A stretch of 64,000 bases of DNA from a virus. The stretch lies in the IMG/VR virus record IMGVR_UViG_3300037262_000003, positions 46,054 to 110,053 of that record; one strand, written 5' to 3'. Made by a program: the position numbers and the translations under genes. Under the pieces are notes generated by a model. The model ran no database searches. It saw only the letters and a program-made list of their open reading frames with translations, and was not told the DNA's origin. Of the stretch, positions 47,210 through 54,970 are shown in pieces (the stretch's first letter is position 1; the number at the start of each line of letters is the position of its first letter).

Positions 47210-48022
47210 TTACTCTATTTTGAGATCCCTGCGGATCTCGCGATTCAGGTACGCTGCTATGGCGGGATTATCCCTGACGTACCTTATAGACTCTTCGGTG
47301 CCCTGCACCGTACGAGAGTCGGGCATCACATACCAGGCTCCTCGCTTAGTGACAATATCATGTTCTGTCCCTATGCGCAAGAGTTCTTCTGCCCAGTCAA
47401 TGCCCGATCCGGGTCTTATGACGTACTCGCAGGACTCTCCCGTCTTGAGGGAAGCCTCGATGACCTTGGAACCGTCCTGATGGGACTTGACGACCTTGAG
47501 GTTCAGTCTCTGACGTGCCTTCTCAGACAGGCCCGTTCCACGTATCGGGGAACGTTCCTTGTCACGGGGCTTGGAGATGAATATCACTGTCCCACCAGAC
47601 ATCTCTGCCTGATCAGCCAGGGCTGTCAGCTCGTCCTTGAACTCCCTGTGCGGGGAGGGCTGATACCAGGGATCGAAGTCAGGAGACTCCTCGAACTCCC
47701 TGCTGCGAATCAGCCCGCCAGCGTGATCAACAACGACCAGACCGGCTCGGATCTGTAGTGCGGCGGTAGTGATCGAGAATACCTCCTCAGCGGTCCTGGG
47801 AGCCACCACAGAGGCCCTAATAGCCCTATGCGGTACCTCTGACCCTACCGACACCCAGAGGCTCTCCAGGGGCGGCTCAAGGTCGTTTACGGTGTGCTGG
47901 GCCAGAGTGGTCTTACCCGTTCCGGTGCCACCCCAGATCTCAGCGATGAAGCCACGAAACCAACCACCGCCAAGCAGGCCATCTACGCCAATTGACCCGG
48001 TGCTTATGTACTCCACTGTCAA
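47210..48022 (-). CDS. Divergent RecA-like recombinase
   Basis: ISTGSIGVDGLLGGG, GGTGTGKTT, GID...KRGAWY. Confidence 0.8.
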   Translation of the reverse strand: MTVEYISTGSIGVDGLLGGGWFRGFIAEIWGGTGTGKTTLAQHTVNDLEPPLESLWVSVGSEVPHRAIRASVVAPRTAEEVFSITTAALQIRAGLVVVDHAGGLIRSREFEESPDFDPWYQPSPHREFKDELTALADQAEMSGGTVIFISKPRDKERSPIRGTGLSEKARQRLNLKVVKSHQDGSKVIEASLKTGESCEYVIRPGSGIDWAEELLRIGTEHDIVTKRGAWYVMPDSRTVQGTEESIRYVRDNPAIAAYLNREIRRDLKIE

Positions 48023-48215
48023 CCTCCTTAGACTTTCGTTCCTCAGCTATCTTCATGCCCACGTCGCCTCTGCGAACGAACAGTTCATCACCACGCCCGA
48101 ATGACTCTATGTGATCGGGCAGGTATGAGTCCCTCCAGTAGACAGTTCCGTACTTGTCGGTGATTGTGTAGTCAAGGGCATAGTCACCTTCCGATGCCCT
48201 TATCTCTACAGCCAT
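47940..48215 (-). CDS. Hypothetical protein
   Basis: ORF between neighbours; 3' end overlaps the recA-like gene. Confidence 0.4.
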   Translation of the reverse strand: MAVEIRASEGDYALDYTITDKYGTVYWRDSYLPDHIESFGRGDELFVRRGDVGMKIAEERKSKEVDSGVHKHRVNWRRWPAWRWLVSWLHR

Positions 48216-48217
48216 CG

Positions 48218-48442
48218 TTACGGGGTGCCCACACCTAGGTTCGGGTGCTCACGGGTCGGGTAGAAGACTCGCATACGCTTAGAGCCCTCGCGAACGTTCA
48301 CCTTGAGCTGCGGTGAGAGGGCCTCGGGTACATCAAACACGTACTTGTGCCAGGTGACCCAGACACCCTCAGGGGTGACCTTCGAGATGTTGCCCCGAAG
48401 CTGTGGGCTCTGGTGCAGGTAAACAGACTCGCCTGACTTCAT
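48218..48442 (-). CDS. Hypothetical protein
   Basis: AGGAGG RBS; upstream TTGACA-N18-TAGTAT promoter. Confidence 0.6.
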   Translation of the reverse strand: MKSGESVYLHQSPQLRGNISKVTPEGVWVTWHKYVFDVPEALSPQLKVNVREGSKRMRVFYPTREHPNLGVGTP

Positions 48443-48527
48443 GTTTCCTCCTAAAATAGAAAACTCCTGCCCCGACTGGGACAGGAGAATACTATCAGGG
48501 CGTTTGCCCTGGTGTCAAGCTCAGAAC

Positions 48528-48953
48528 TTAGAAGGTACCGGTCGCAATGATCACGAACGCGTTCGGGCTGAGCTTGAACTGCATGACGCTAGATGCGCGA
48601 ACGGTGTCGGCAGTGGCAGCAGTCAGAAGAAGCGACACCTGACCGATCTTGTTGTTCGCTGCCTGAGACACACCCGGAACTGGTGCCCAATACTGGTCGT
48701 TCACCGTGGTAGCAGCGATCGATGTAACGACCGGAAGCCAGTGAGCAGCGGTGTCACCTGTAGTCGGCGTGAAGCCAACAGACGTCGGGTTGTACTGACG
48801 GTTGATTCCACCGGCCGGGTCAAGGATACCGGCTACCACTGAGGTACCAGCGACGATGGAAGCGTTGAGAGTATATACAGGTGATGCGTCGGTGCCCGTG
48901 TTCTGAACAACGGGCTGGACCGCGAAAGTCAGACCTGAAAATCCTACAGCCAT
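48528..48953 (-). CDS. Putative virion protein
   Basis: Ala/Thr/Val-rich; GAAAGG RBS. Confidence 0.55.
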   Translation of the reverse strand: MAVGFSGLTFAVQPVVQNTGTDASPVYTLNASIVAGTSVVAGILDPAGGINRQYNPTSVGFTPTTGDTAAHWLPVVTSIAATTVNDQYWAPVPGVSQAANNKIGQVSLLLTAATADTVRASSVMQFKLSPNAFVIIATGTF

Positions 48954-49056
48954 GGTTGGCCTTTCTGGATAAGTACAGAGATGCGATGATTTCCGTACTC
49001 AGTATAGCTTACGATGCAACACAGATACTGTTGCAGTCATACCTCTATTTTACACC

Positions 49057-49245
49057 CTACGCCCGATGCCTACCCTTGTATCGCTTCCTAACTTGGTCTG
49101 CTACTTCCTCGCGATCGGTGATCGCGTCCATCTCGTGTGTGCTGTCGAAGTACGGTCTGACCTGGACGCGAAAGTCATCGTCCGAGGCTTCGTGCAGCTT
49201 AGCAAGCCACGCTTCCATCTCTGCTAGATCTTCGTCGTCGGGCAT
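49057..49245 (-). CDS. Hypothetical protein
   Basis: AGGAG RBS. Confidence 0.5.
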   Translation of the reverse strand: MPDDEDLAEMEAWLAKLHEASDDDFRVQVRPYFDSTHEMDAITDREEVADQVRKRYKGRHRA

Positions 49246-49254
49246 GTCGATCTC

Positions 49255-49467
49255 CTAGTCCGTTAGAGGGGCCTTAATCATCGTAGCCGCCCGGATCTCG
49301 ACGCAGATCTCACCAGGCATGAACGACAGCATCATGGCGTCTAGCGAGATCAGCGGAGTAGAACCCTGCCACCAGAACTCGTACAAGTCCTGTGACGGGC
49401 GGTAGTACCAGCCCATTAGATCAAGATGGAACGCATCTGGCGTTCCTACTGCTGTTGCAGTGCTCAT
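49255..49467 (-). CDS. Hypothetical protein
   Basis: AGGAGG RBS. Confidence 0.55.
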   Translation of the reverse strand: MSTATAVGTPDAFHLDLMGWYYRPSQDLYEFWWQGSTPLISLDAMMLSFMPGEICVEIRAATMIKAPLTD

Positions 49468-49541
49468 CGTTGCCTCCTAGAGATGAGTATGGCCCGGCAG
49501 AGGATACCTCACTACACGTGAGCAGAGCATACCGGGCCAGG

Positions 49542-49612
49542 CTTCGGAACAGGGACTCGAACCCCAATGAGCAGACTCAGATTCTGCCATCCTGCCATTA
49601 GATGATTCCGAA
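49542..49612 (-). tRNA. tRNA-Gln(CTG)
   Basis: Hand-folded cloverleaf; loop ATCTGAG. Confidence 0.85.
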
Positions 49613-49613
49613 G

Positions 49614-49684
49614 TGCCCCCATGAGGATTTGAACCCCAATACGACGGGTAAAAACCGCCTGTCCTACCGTTGAACGATACGGGC
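49614..49684 (-). tRNA. tRNA-Lys(TTT)
   Basis: Loop TTTTTAC; A73. Confidence 0.8.
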
Positions 49685-49689
49685 ATATG

Positions 49690-49761
49690 TTTCGGGACAA
49701 AAGACTCGGACTTCAATCCTCGGCTTCAAAAGCCGGTGTCCTGCCATTAGACGATCCCGAA
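49690..49761 (-). tRNA. tRNA-Gln(TTG)
   Basis: Loop TTTTGAA; weak T arm. Confidence 0.7.
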
Positions 49762-49786
49762 ATATAAGTCTAATATATCAGACCGG

Positions 49787-49858
49787 TACCCCCCCAGGGA
49801 ATCGAACCCTGATTCACTGGGTAAGAGCCAGCTACTCTAGCCGTTGAGTTAGAGAGGT
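49787..49858 (-). tRNA. tRNA-Lys(CTT)
   Basis: Loop CTCTTAC. Confidence 0.85.
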
Positions 49859-49927
49859 ATATAGTGCCGGAATTTTGGGTTCCCTGGCGCTAGAGGTAAC
49901 TAGCGCCCCGACACATGGGGGATCTCG

Positions 49928-49999
49928 CACTCTCGACCGGACTCGAACCGGTGTCTTCCGCTTAGGGGGCGGTAGATCTATCCACTGACCTACGAGAGT
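49928..49999 (-). tRNA. tRNA-Arg(CCT)
   Basis: Loop CCCCTAA (C33). Confidence 0.8.
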
Positions 50000-50005
50000 G
50001 ATTCC

Positions 50006-50034
50006 ATGTTACTACGAAAATCTAGACCTGTCAA
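50006..50034 (-). promoter_or_regulatory. Promoter for a tRNA block
   Basis: TTGACA-N17-TAACAT. Confidence 0.7.
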
Positions 50035-50795
50035 CCCAACGTCCCGAATGTGATGGTGTCTCCACCCCAATCGAAGTTCTGGATCTGCACGTCCTGTCCC
50101 TGTGTTGGAGCCACGATCATGTCCTGGCCTCCCAGGAAGATACCTACGTGGTACACGTACGAAGCAGGATCGCTGTCATCGTGGAAGAACACCAAGTCGC
50201 CCGGACGGGCTTCGCTCTGGGGAATCATCTTGAAGAAGTTGAACTGATCGTCAGCTATTCTCGGCACTGTTGACCCTGCCTGCGCGTAAGCCCACTGTAC
50301 TAGGCCCGAACAGTCAAAGTCAACCCCTGGATCTTCGCCTCCGTAGACGTAGGGTACTCCTATCTGGCTCTCCGCGTACTGGACCACCTTCTGCCCGAGT
50401 GACCCTGAGGTCACTGTGTGAGTGGGCGTTGAACTGGGCGTCGGAGTAGGAGAGGGAGTGGATCGAAGTGTGAAAGTAGGGACAGGGGGCGCTATGACGG
50501 CAGCAGAGGTAGTGTCCGTAGTGACCTTGGCCACTGTTGCTACCTTCTTCTTGACTGCGATCTCAGTCACGATACGCCGAGGGTACATCTGCCACTGCGA
50601 AGGAATGTGGACAGGGGGTACTGCCTTGATCGGGGCAGTATTATGGATCGGCTCTGGATTAAGCTGCATGAGATCTGCCGTAGTGGCAGAATGGGGCATA
50701 GACGATCCTGACAGAAGAACGGCTGTCATTGCCGTTGCGGGCAATGCGACAGCCGTGAACTTCTTGATGATGTTAGGCTTACGGTGCTTTCCCAT
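50031..50795 (-). CDS. Secreted NlpC/P60 peptidoglycan endopeptidase
   Basis: GVPYVYGG...FDCSGLV...PGDLVFF...HVGIF; N-terminal signal/TM. Confidence 0.9.
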   Translation of the reverse strand: MGKHRKPNIIKKFTAVALPATAMTAVLLSGSSMPHSATTADLMQLNPEPIHNTAPIKAVPPVHIPSQWQMYPRRIVTEIAVKKKVATVAKVTTDTTSAAVIAPPVPTFTLRSTPSPTPTPSSTPTHTVTSGSLGQKVVQYAESQIGVPYVYGGEDPGVDFDCSGLVQWAYAQAGSTVPRIADDQFNFFKMIPQSEARPGDLVFFHDDSDPASYVYHVGIFLGGQDMIVAPTQGQDVQIQNFDWGGDTITFGTLG

Positions 50796-50842
50796 ACTTC
50801 AAGGTAACATAACGGAGACGTTACCACAACCCTCCAGGTCAT

Positions 50843-50946
50843 TGGGGCAGCAGCCCGGACATGAACCGGGACCTATCTCTTCACAAGTCGTGCTCTATCC
50901 CGACAGCCCCGACCGGTACCGGGCTGACTGTTTACACCACTGCTGC
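50843..50946 (-). ncRNA. Aberrant tRNA-His-like RNA
   Basis: Perfect acceptor and T stems, C73-CCA, TTGTGAA loop; hairpin inserted in the D-loop; unpaired anticodon stem. Confidence 0.6.
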
Positions 50947-50949
50947 AAG

Positions 50950-51021
50950 AGCCAAGTCAGAGAATCGGACTCTGGACCTCATCCGTACCAAGGATGTGTT
51001 CTACCACTGAACTAACAAGGC
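50950..51021 (-). tRNA. tRNA-Thr(GGT)
   Basis: Loop TTGGTAC. Confidence 0.8.
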
Positions 51022-51114
51022 ATTGCCCGGACCTGCTCCATCCTCAGCCTACTTCTGCGTGGCAGGCTAATCTATTTGGATGGTCGGTATCCAGGGTTGG
51101 GGTATACACCAACG

Positions 51115-51185
51115 AGCCCCACCGAGGGATCGAACCCCGATTTACTCCGTACGAAGGAGTCGTTCTGCCATTTAACTAGCAGGGC
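51115..51185 (-). tRNA. tRNA-Thr(CGT)
   Basis: Loop TTCGTAC. Confidence 0.85.
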
Positions 51186-51307
51186 ATTTTAGTAGTCGCG
51201 CCCGTTTCTCCTCGGGCTCTCCTGTGACATCCGTTCATCCTGGCCTAGGAGTCGGTACAACCCACAGTCGGCATCTTGTCCTGCGCGCCAGACTTCTGCC
51301 GCGACCG

Positions 51308-51376
51308 TAGAGCGCCAGAGAGTCGAACTCTGTCATTGGGCTTAGAAGGCCCGAGCGGGCATCCGTCCCGCGCTCC
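51308..51376 (-). tRNA. tRNA-Arg(TCT)
   Basis: Loop CTTCTAA; short D arm. Confidence 0.75.
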
Positions 51377-51392
51377 ATATTTAGTTTACTTG

Positions 51393-51464
51393 AGCCTCTT
51401 GCAGGAATCGAACCCGCGTCACTTTCTTACAAGGGAAGCATACTCGCCATTGTACTAAAGAGGC
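51393..51464 (-). tRNA. tRNA-Thr(TGT)
   Basis: Loop CTTGTAA. Confidence 0.85.
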
Positions 51465-51559
51465 ATAAAAGCCCGTCTCTTCCTCTGGTCCCTACTCCGC
51501 AAATTCTGCTGTGTTCCCCACAGTCATATCGGATCTAAGGAGGGCATCCAGTCCTTGCG

Positions 51560-51630
51560 TACCCAATGAAGGTAATGCTCCCTCGTCCTCGCCTTGTAAG
51601 GGCGTTGCTCTCCTTTTGAGCTAATCGGGC
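51560..51630 (-). tRNA. tRNA-Val(TAC)
   Basis: Loop CTTACAA; T-loop AGCATTA. Confidence 0.75.
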
Positions 51631-51681
51631 ATACGTGCCTTAACGTCGGCACCAGACGGGCGTAAGTGGAGTCGCCACCCG

Positions 51682-51756
51682 TACACCGTCAAGGAATTGA
51701 ACCTTGCTTAAACTAAGTTATCAGCTTAGCTCTCACAACCAGTGAGACTACAGTGC
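51682..51756 (-). tRNA. tRNA-Ile(GAT)
   Basis: Loop CTGATAA. Confidence 0.75.
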
Positions 51757-51757
51757 G

Positions 51758-51830
51758 TGGAGAAGGTCGGACTCGAACCGACAGCCGTCTGCTTGCAAAG
51801 CAGTTGCTCTACCATTGGAGCTACATCCCC
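51758..51830 (-). tRNA. tRNA-Ala(TGC)
   Basis: Loop TTTGCAA; G3:U70. Confidence 0.9.
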
Positions 51831-51987
51831 ATAATGAGCGGTCCACTTACTCCACCATAGCAGTGTAAAGATTGGGCGTCATAACCACTCAAGCGTGCTG
51901 GTGTGCTGGTGTGCTGCCAGTTACAGCACAGCAAGTTATTGCCCGCAGGCTCACTCACTGGCGGGGTTCGAACCCTCACCACCAACG

Positions 51988-52058
51988 TAGCCCACGCCGG
52001 TTACGATCCGGCCTCAAGAGATTGAAAGTCTCCCGTTCTGCCACTAAACTAGTGGGCC
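51988..52058 (-). tRNA. tRNA-Glu(TTC)
   Basis: Loop CTTTCAA. Confidence 0.8.
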
Positions 52059-52117
52059 AAGATACTTCGTTAGGTTCTTTAGTCTAGCATGTGGTGAAAG
52101 ACGAGTCAAACTACTTG

Positions 52118-52190
52118 CGCTCGCGACGGGATTCGAACCCGCCCTAGCACCTTGACAGGGTGCCGTGCTTACCGCTGACACTACGCGTGC
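52118..52190 (-). tRNA. tRNA-Asp(GTC)
   Basis: Loop CTGTCAA. Confidence 0.85.
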
Positions 52191-52272
52191 ATGATCCCAG
52201 TTTTTAACGTGGGTGAGGCCACGTGTGAGGATATCCTCACATCCATGTGGATGTGAGGATATTATCACAAGC

Positions 52273-52347
52273 CTATCGACGGTAGTAGCCTACGCCGCCG
52301 CCAAGTAGCAGGACAATGAGAACGACTACGATGATAATCAGTAGCAT
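52273..52347 (-). CDS. 24-aa single-TM micropeptide
   Basis: AAAGGAG RBS; MLLIIIVVVLIVLLLGGGVGYYRR. Confidence 0.65.
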   Translation of the reverse strand: MLLIIIVVVLIVLLLGGGVGYYRR

Positions 52348-52380
52348 GGTATCTCCTTTCGTCCTTATCACCGTACCACG

Positions 52381-52453
52381 TATCAGTAACGGGGATCGAA
52401 CCCGTAGCCTCCTGGTTGAGAGCCAGGTGATCTGCCAATTGATCTATACCGAC
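52381..52453 (-). tRNA. tRNA-Glu(CTC)
   Basis: Loop CTCTCAA. Confidence 0.85.
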
Positions 52454-52454
52454 G

Positions 52455-52526
52455 TGGTTCCCAGAGGGATCGAACCTCTGCGCTCCGGGCTTCAACCGGG
52501 TGCTCTACCAACTGAGCTAGAGAACC
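52455..52526 (-). tRNA. tRNA-Phe(GAA)
   Basis: Loop TTGAAGC. Confidence 0.85.
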
Positions 52527-52567
52527 ATAAGAATGGGCTTTTAACGTCATCACCCGAGGACGAGTTG

Positions 52568-52638
52568 AGTCCCACGCGGGGTTCGAACCCACGCTAGCAC
52601 CTTGGCAAGGTACTGTGCTACCACTACACCAGTAGGAC
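52568..52638 (-). tRNA. tRNA-Gly(GCC)
   Basis: Loop TTGCCAA. Confidence 0.85.
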
Positions 52639-52749
52639 ACCGTGCTCCCAGTTTAAGTCAGGAAGCCATGACTGTCAAGACCGTGCTGTTCTTGCTTTTT
52701 ACGGATGACAGAACAGCAAACACTTTCGTCCCACCAAGTGTGTTGGGAG

Positions 52750-52820
52750 AGCCTCATGCCGGTACTGCCCCGGCTCTGAATGCTTGGAAGGCACTCGTGC
52801 AACTTTCACACCCATAAGGC
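52750..52820 (-). tRNA. tRNA-Gly(TCC)
   Basis: Loop CTTCCAA; T-loop GGCAGTA. Confidence 0.75.
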
Positions 52821-52858
52821 ACCGTGGCGTTTTAAAGACTCGCCATGTCTGCTTTACG

Positions 52859-52932
52859 TAGCGGAAGCGAGATTCGAACTCGCGTCGTGCGGCTTATGAG
52901 GCCGGGCTGGGTCCTCTCCAGTCCATTCCGCT
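52859..52932 (-). tRNA. tRNA-Met(CAT)
   Basis: Loop CTCATAA. Confidence 0.8.
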
Positions 52933-52970
52933 ATGAATAAATCTATCACACTGTCGTAGTGTTTGTCAAG

Positions 52971-53042
52971 TCGGCTCGGTGGGGATCGAACCCACTTAAC
53001 TACCTTATAAGAGTAGCGCCTTAACCAGTAGACGACGAGCCA
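52971..53042 (-). tRNA. tRNA-Ile(TAT)
   Basis: Loop CTTATAA. Confidence 0.8.
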
Positions 53043-53043
53043 G

Positions 53044-53124
53044 AGGAAGGATGACGAGTCGAACGCCATGGTTACCCACGTTTCGCTTTCAAGGCGATCT
53101 CAGGCCCGGCCTGATTAACCTTCC
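53044..53124 (-). tRNA. tRNA-Ser(TGA)
   Basis: Loop CTTGAAA; long variable arm. Confidence 0.75.
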
Positions 53125-53125
53125 G

Positions 53126-53194
53126 AGCACAGTATGAGAATCGGACTCATCTTCGTAGGTTTGCAATCTACGCCCATCCCAGATGGAACCATGC
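53126..53194 (-). tRNA. tRNA-Cys(GCA)
   Basis: Loop TTGCAAA; U73. Confidence 0.75.
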
Positions 53195-53249
53195 AAGCCG
53201 GTCCAAGCTTCCGCTGTAGAGGAATTTCCTCAGACTGCCTGGACCCGAG

Positions 53250-53332
53250 CGGAGAGCTGAGGGCACGATCCCCAACGCCGAGACGCCGCGCTCGTTAGCA
53301 GCGAGGCCCGTTCCCTGAACGGTTAACTCTCC
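53250..53332 (-). tRNA. tRNA-Ser(GCT)
   Basis: Loop CTGCTAA; long variable arm; G73. Confidence 0.8.
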
Positions 53333-53347
53333 ATGTACAGTGTAGCT

Positions 53348-53428
53348 TTACTTCTCAAGACACCAGTCTGCGTGGCACGTCGTAGGACGCCCGCAGTAAT
53401 GGCACACTAGGTTCCTCAATATCCTCAT
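53348..53428 (-). CDS. Leaderless 26-aa Cys/His micropeptide
   Basis: TTGACA-N17-TATTCT-N6-ATG; CHYC...CHADWC. Confidence 0.55.
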   Translation of the reverse strand: MRILRNLVCHYCGRPTTCHADWCLEK

Positions 53429-53459
53429 GAAACGAGAATAACACTGAGTTTCTAGAATG

Positions 53460-53630
53460 TCAACCCTCGACCCCAGGCCCGCGAGTCTCAGACCACTCCA
53501 GCCCGCAGTGGTAGCACTTCCAGAAGTCAGTGTGCCACGGGCGACCCTGACGATCACGACCGTTGGCTGTGCCTGTCTTGTGGGGATCTATGTGATTCCC
53601 GCCTCTGCACTTCGGCTTCGCTCTAGGCAT
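53460..53630 (-). CDS. Zinc-finger-like microprotein
   Basis: AAGGAG RBS; C....H...CYHCG. Confidence 0.55.
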   Translation of the reverse strand: MPRAKPKCRGGNHIDPHKTGTANGRDRQGRPWHTDFWKCYHCGLEWSETRGPGVEG

Positions 53631-53642
53631 TATGACTCCTTG

Positions 53643-53725
53643 TACGCCAGGTGGGGCTCGAACCCACACGTCCCTAGGACATCGCCTTTTGAGGACGACG
53701 CGTCTACCAATTTCACCACTAGCGC
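53643..53725 (-). tRNA. tRNA-Leu(CAA)
   Basis: Loop CTCAAAA; long variable arm. Confidence 0.9.
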
Positions 53726-53793
53726 ATGGTCTGCCGTTGCCTATCGGAGCATATAGCCCGTAAGTGGGCCAATCTAGCAGGACGTACCTTGCG

Positions 53794-53865
53794 TCGGGAC
53801 TCTGGGAGTCGAACCCAGTTTCTCCTAGATCCGAACTAGGCAGATTACCGTCTTCCTCAATCCCG
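53794..53865 (-). tRNA. tRNA-Pro(CGG)
   Basis: Loop TTCGGAT. Confidence 0.85.
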
Positions 53866-53873
53866 TTAACTCA

Positions 53874-53970
53874 ACGACCTGCTGGGACTCGAACCCAGTC
53901 CTGCCGCCCTTTTTCACGAGGAACCACCCTCGCTACTCGGGGCCGCTGTGCGCCCATACACTGCTGGTCT
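53874..53970 (-). ncRNA. tRNA-like RNA with expanded anticodon arm
   Basis: D and T arms intact; about 34-nt loop containing the hairpin CGAGG/CCTCG. Confidence 0.55.
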
Positions 53971-54004
53971 CATGAACGTGCTGGTTAGGCTGTCCATGTG
54001 AGCG

Positions 54005-54076
54005 TCAAGCGCCTTGGAGTCGAACCAAGTTTCTCCTGTTTCCAAAACAGGCAGATTACCGTCTTCCTCGCGCCTG
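54005..54076 (-). tRNA. tRNA-Pro(TGG)
   Basis: Loop TTTGGAA. Confidence 0.85.
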
Positions 54077-54086
54077 ATGTCAAGCG

Positions 54087-54157
54087 TACACCCGAGAGGA
54101 TTCGAACCTCCAACTCGTGGTTCGTAGCCACGTGGTTATCCCTTAGCCTACAGGTGC
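54087..54157 (-). tRNA. tRNA-Arg(ACG)
   Basis: Loop CTACGAA. Confidence 0.85.
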
Positions 54158-54191
54158 ATAACGGACGAGTTTAAAGAGTTCCCGACTCTTG

Positions 54192-54263
54192 CTCTCCCGC
54201 CTGGGTACGATCCAAGACGAGCAGATTAACGGTCTGCCATGCTGCCAATTACATCACAGGAGA
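54192..54263 (-). tRNA. tRNA-Asn(GTT)
   Basis: Loop CCGTTAA (C33). Confidence 0.8.
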
Positions 54264-54336
54264 ATGCTTGACCTGGACTCGAAGATCCAGTATACTTACC
54301 TTGTTTCGAAGGTTAACTACAAAACTAGGATATCAC

Positions 54337-54834
54337 ATGAACATCGATTGTCAATACTGCGGAACTACCTTTAGCGCAGACTGGGCTGGAAGAAAGTACT
54401 GCTCCAAGTCATGCTCTGCCAAGGTCAATAACACTCTATATCCGAAGAGGGTCTCTGTCAAGCAATACTGCCTGATGTGCGGCGAAGAATTCACTTCTAT
54501 TGGCCAAAGCAGGCAGAAGTGCCCAGCATGTATCTCAGCTACGAAGAGCGCTGAGTACATATGGAAGGTAACAATGGGTGAGTATAAGAATGGCTTCTCT
54601 CGTGCCGCTCAAGCGTACAACTCAGCACGTACTATATCTCGAAGGATCTACGAGAAGTCTGACCGCCCGAAGTCTTGCTTGATCTGTAGATATGCCAAGC
54701 ATTATGAAGTCTGCCATATCGAGGATCTTCAGCACGTTCCAGATGACAAGATTCTTGGTTTGGCATTGAGCCATCAGAATATCGTGGCACTATGCCCCAA
54801 CCATCATTGGGAATTTGACAAGGGACTTCTATAA
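54337..54834 (+). CDS. HNH endonuclease with Zn-finger repeats, inserted antisense in the tRNA array
   Basis: CQYCG..KYCSKSC; EVCHI...NIVALCPNHHWEFD; own promoter TTGACC-N17-TATACT at 54268. Confidence 0.85.
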   Translation: MNIDCQYCGTTFSADWAGRKYCSKSCSAKVNNTLYPKRVSVKQYCLMCGEEFTSIGQSRQKCPACISATKSAEYIWKVTMGEYKNGFSRAAQAYNSARTISRRIYEKSDRPKSCLICRYAKHYEVCHIEDLQHVPDDKILGLALSHQNIVALCPNHHWEFDKGLL

Positions 54835-54835
54835 G

Positions 54836-54912
54836 CACGCAAGTGACGAATCGAACGCCTGGTTGGCGGGTTTGGAATCCGCTCCCGGCCCAGCCGGGTT
54901 AACAACTCACGT
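54836..54912 (-). tRNA. tRNA-Trp(CCA)
   Basis: Loop TTCCAAA. Confidence 0.75.
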
Positions 54913-54970
54913 ATGATCACCAGGGAAGGAGATCGACCGTTCTTCCCTGGTGAGACTATCTTAACACATT

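Noticed and set aside
49614-49684. Gln-body tRNA with Lys anticodon, or a suppressor tRNA
   Set aside because: Correct register gives G1:C72, A73 and UUU, an ordinary tRNA-Lys; no sign of stop-codon recoding
51190-51558. HDV-like (theta) ribozymes after tRNAs
   Set aside because: Could not thread the nested double pseudoknot by hand
52191-52223. Pistol ribozyme
   Set aside because: P1 and the UUAAA linker resemble pistol, but P2/P3 and the 6-bp pseudoknot are missing
49500-54950. ORF-track calls across the tRNA array; tmRNA
   Set aside because: Most of these ORFs overlap tRNAs; no tmRNA-sized element with a tag ORF was seen
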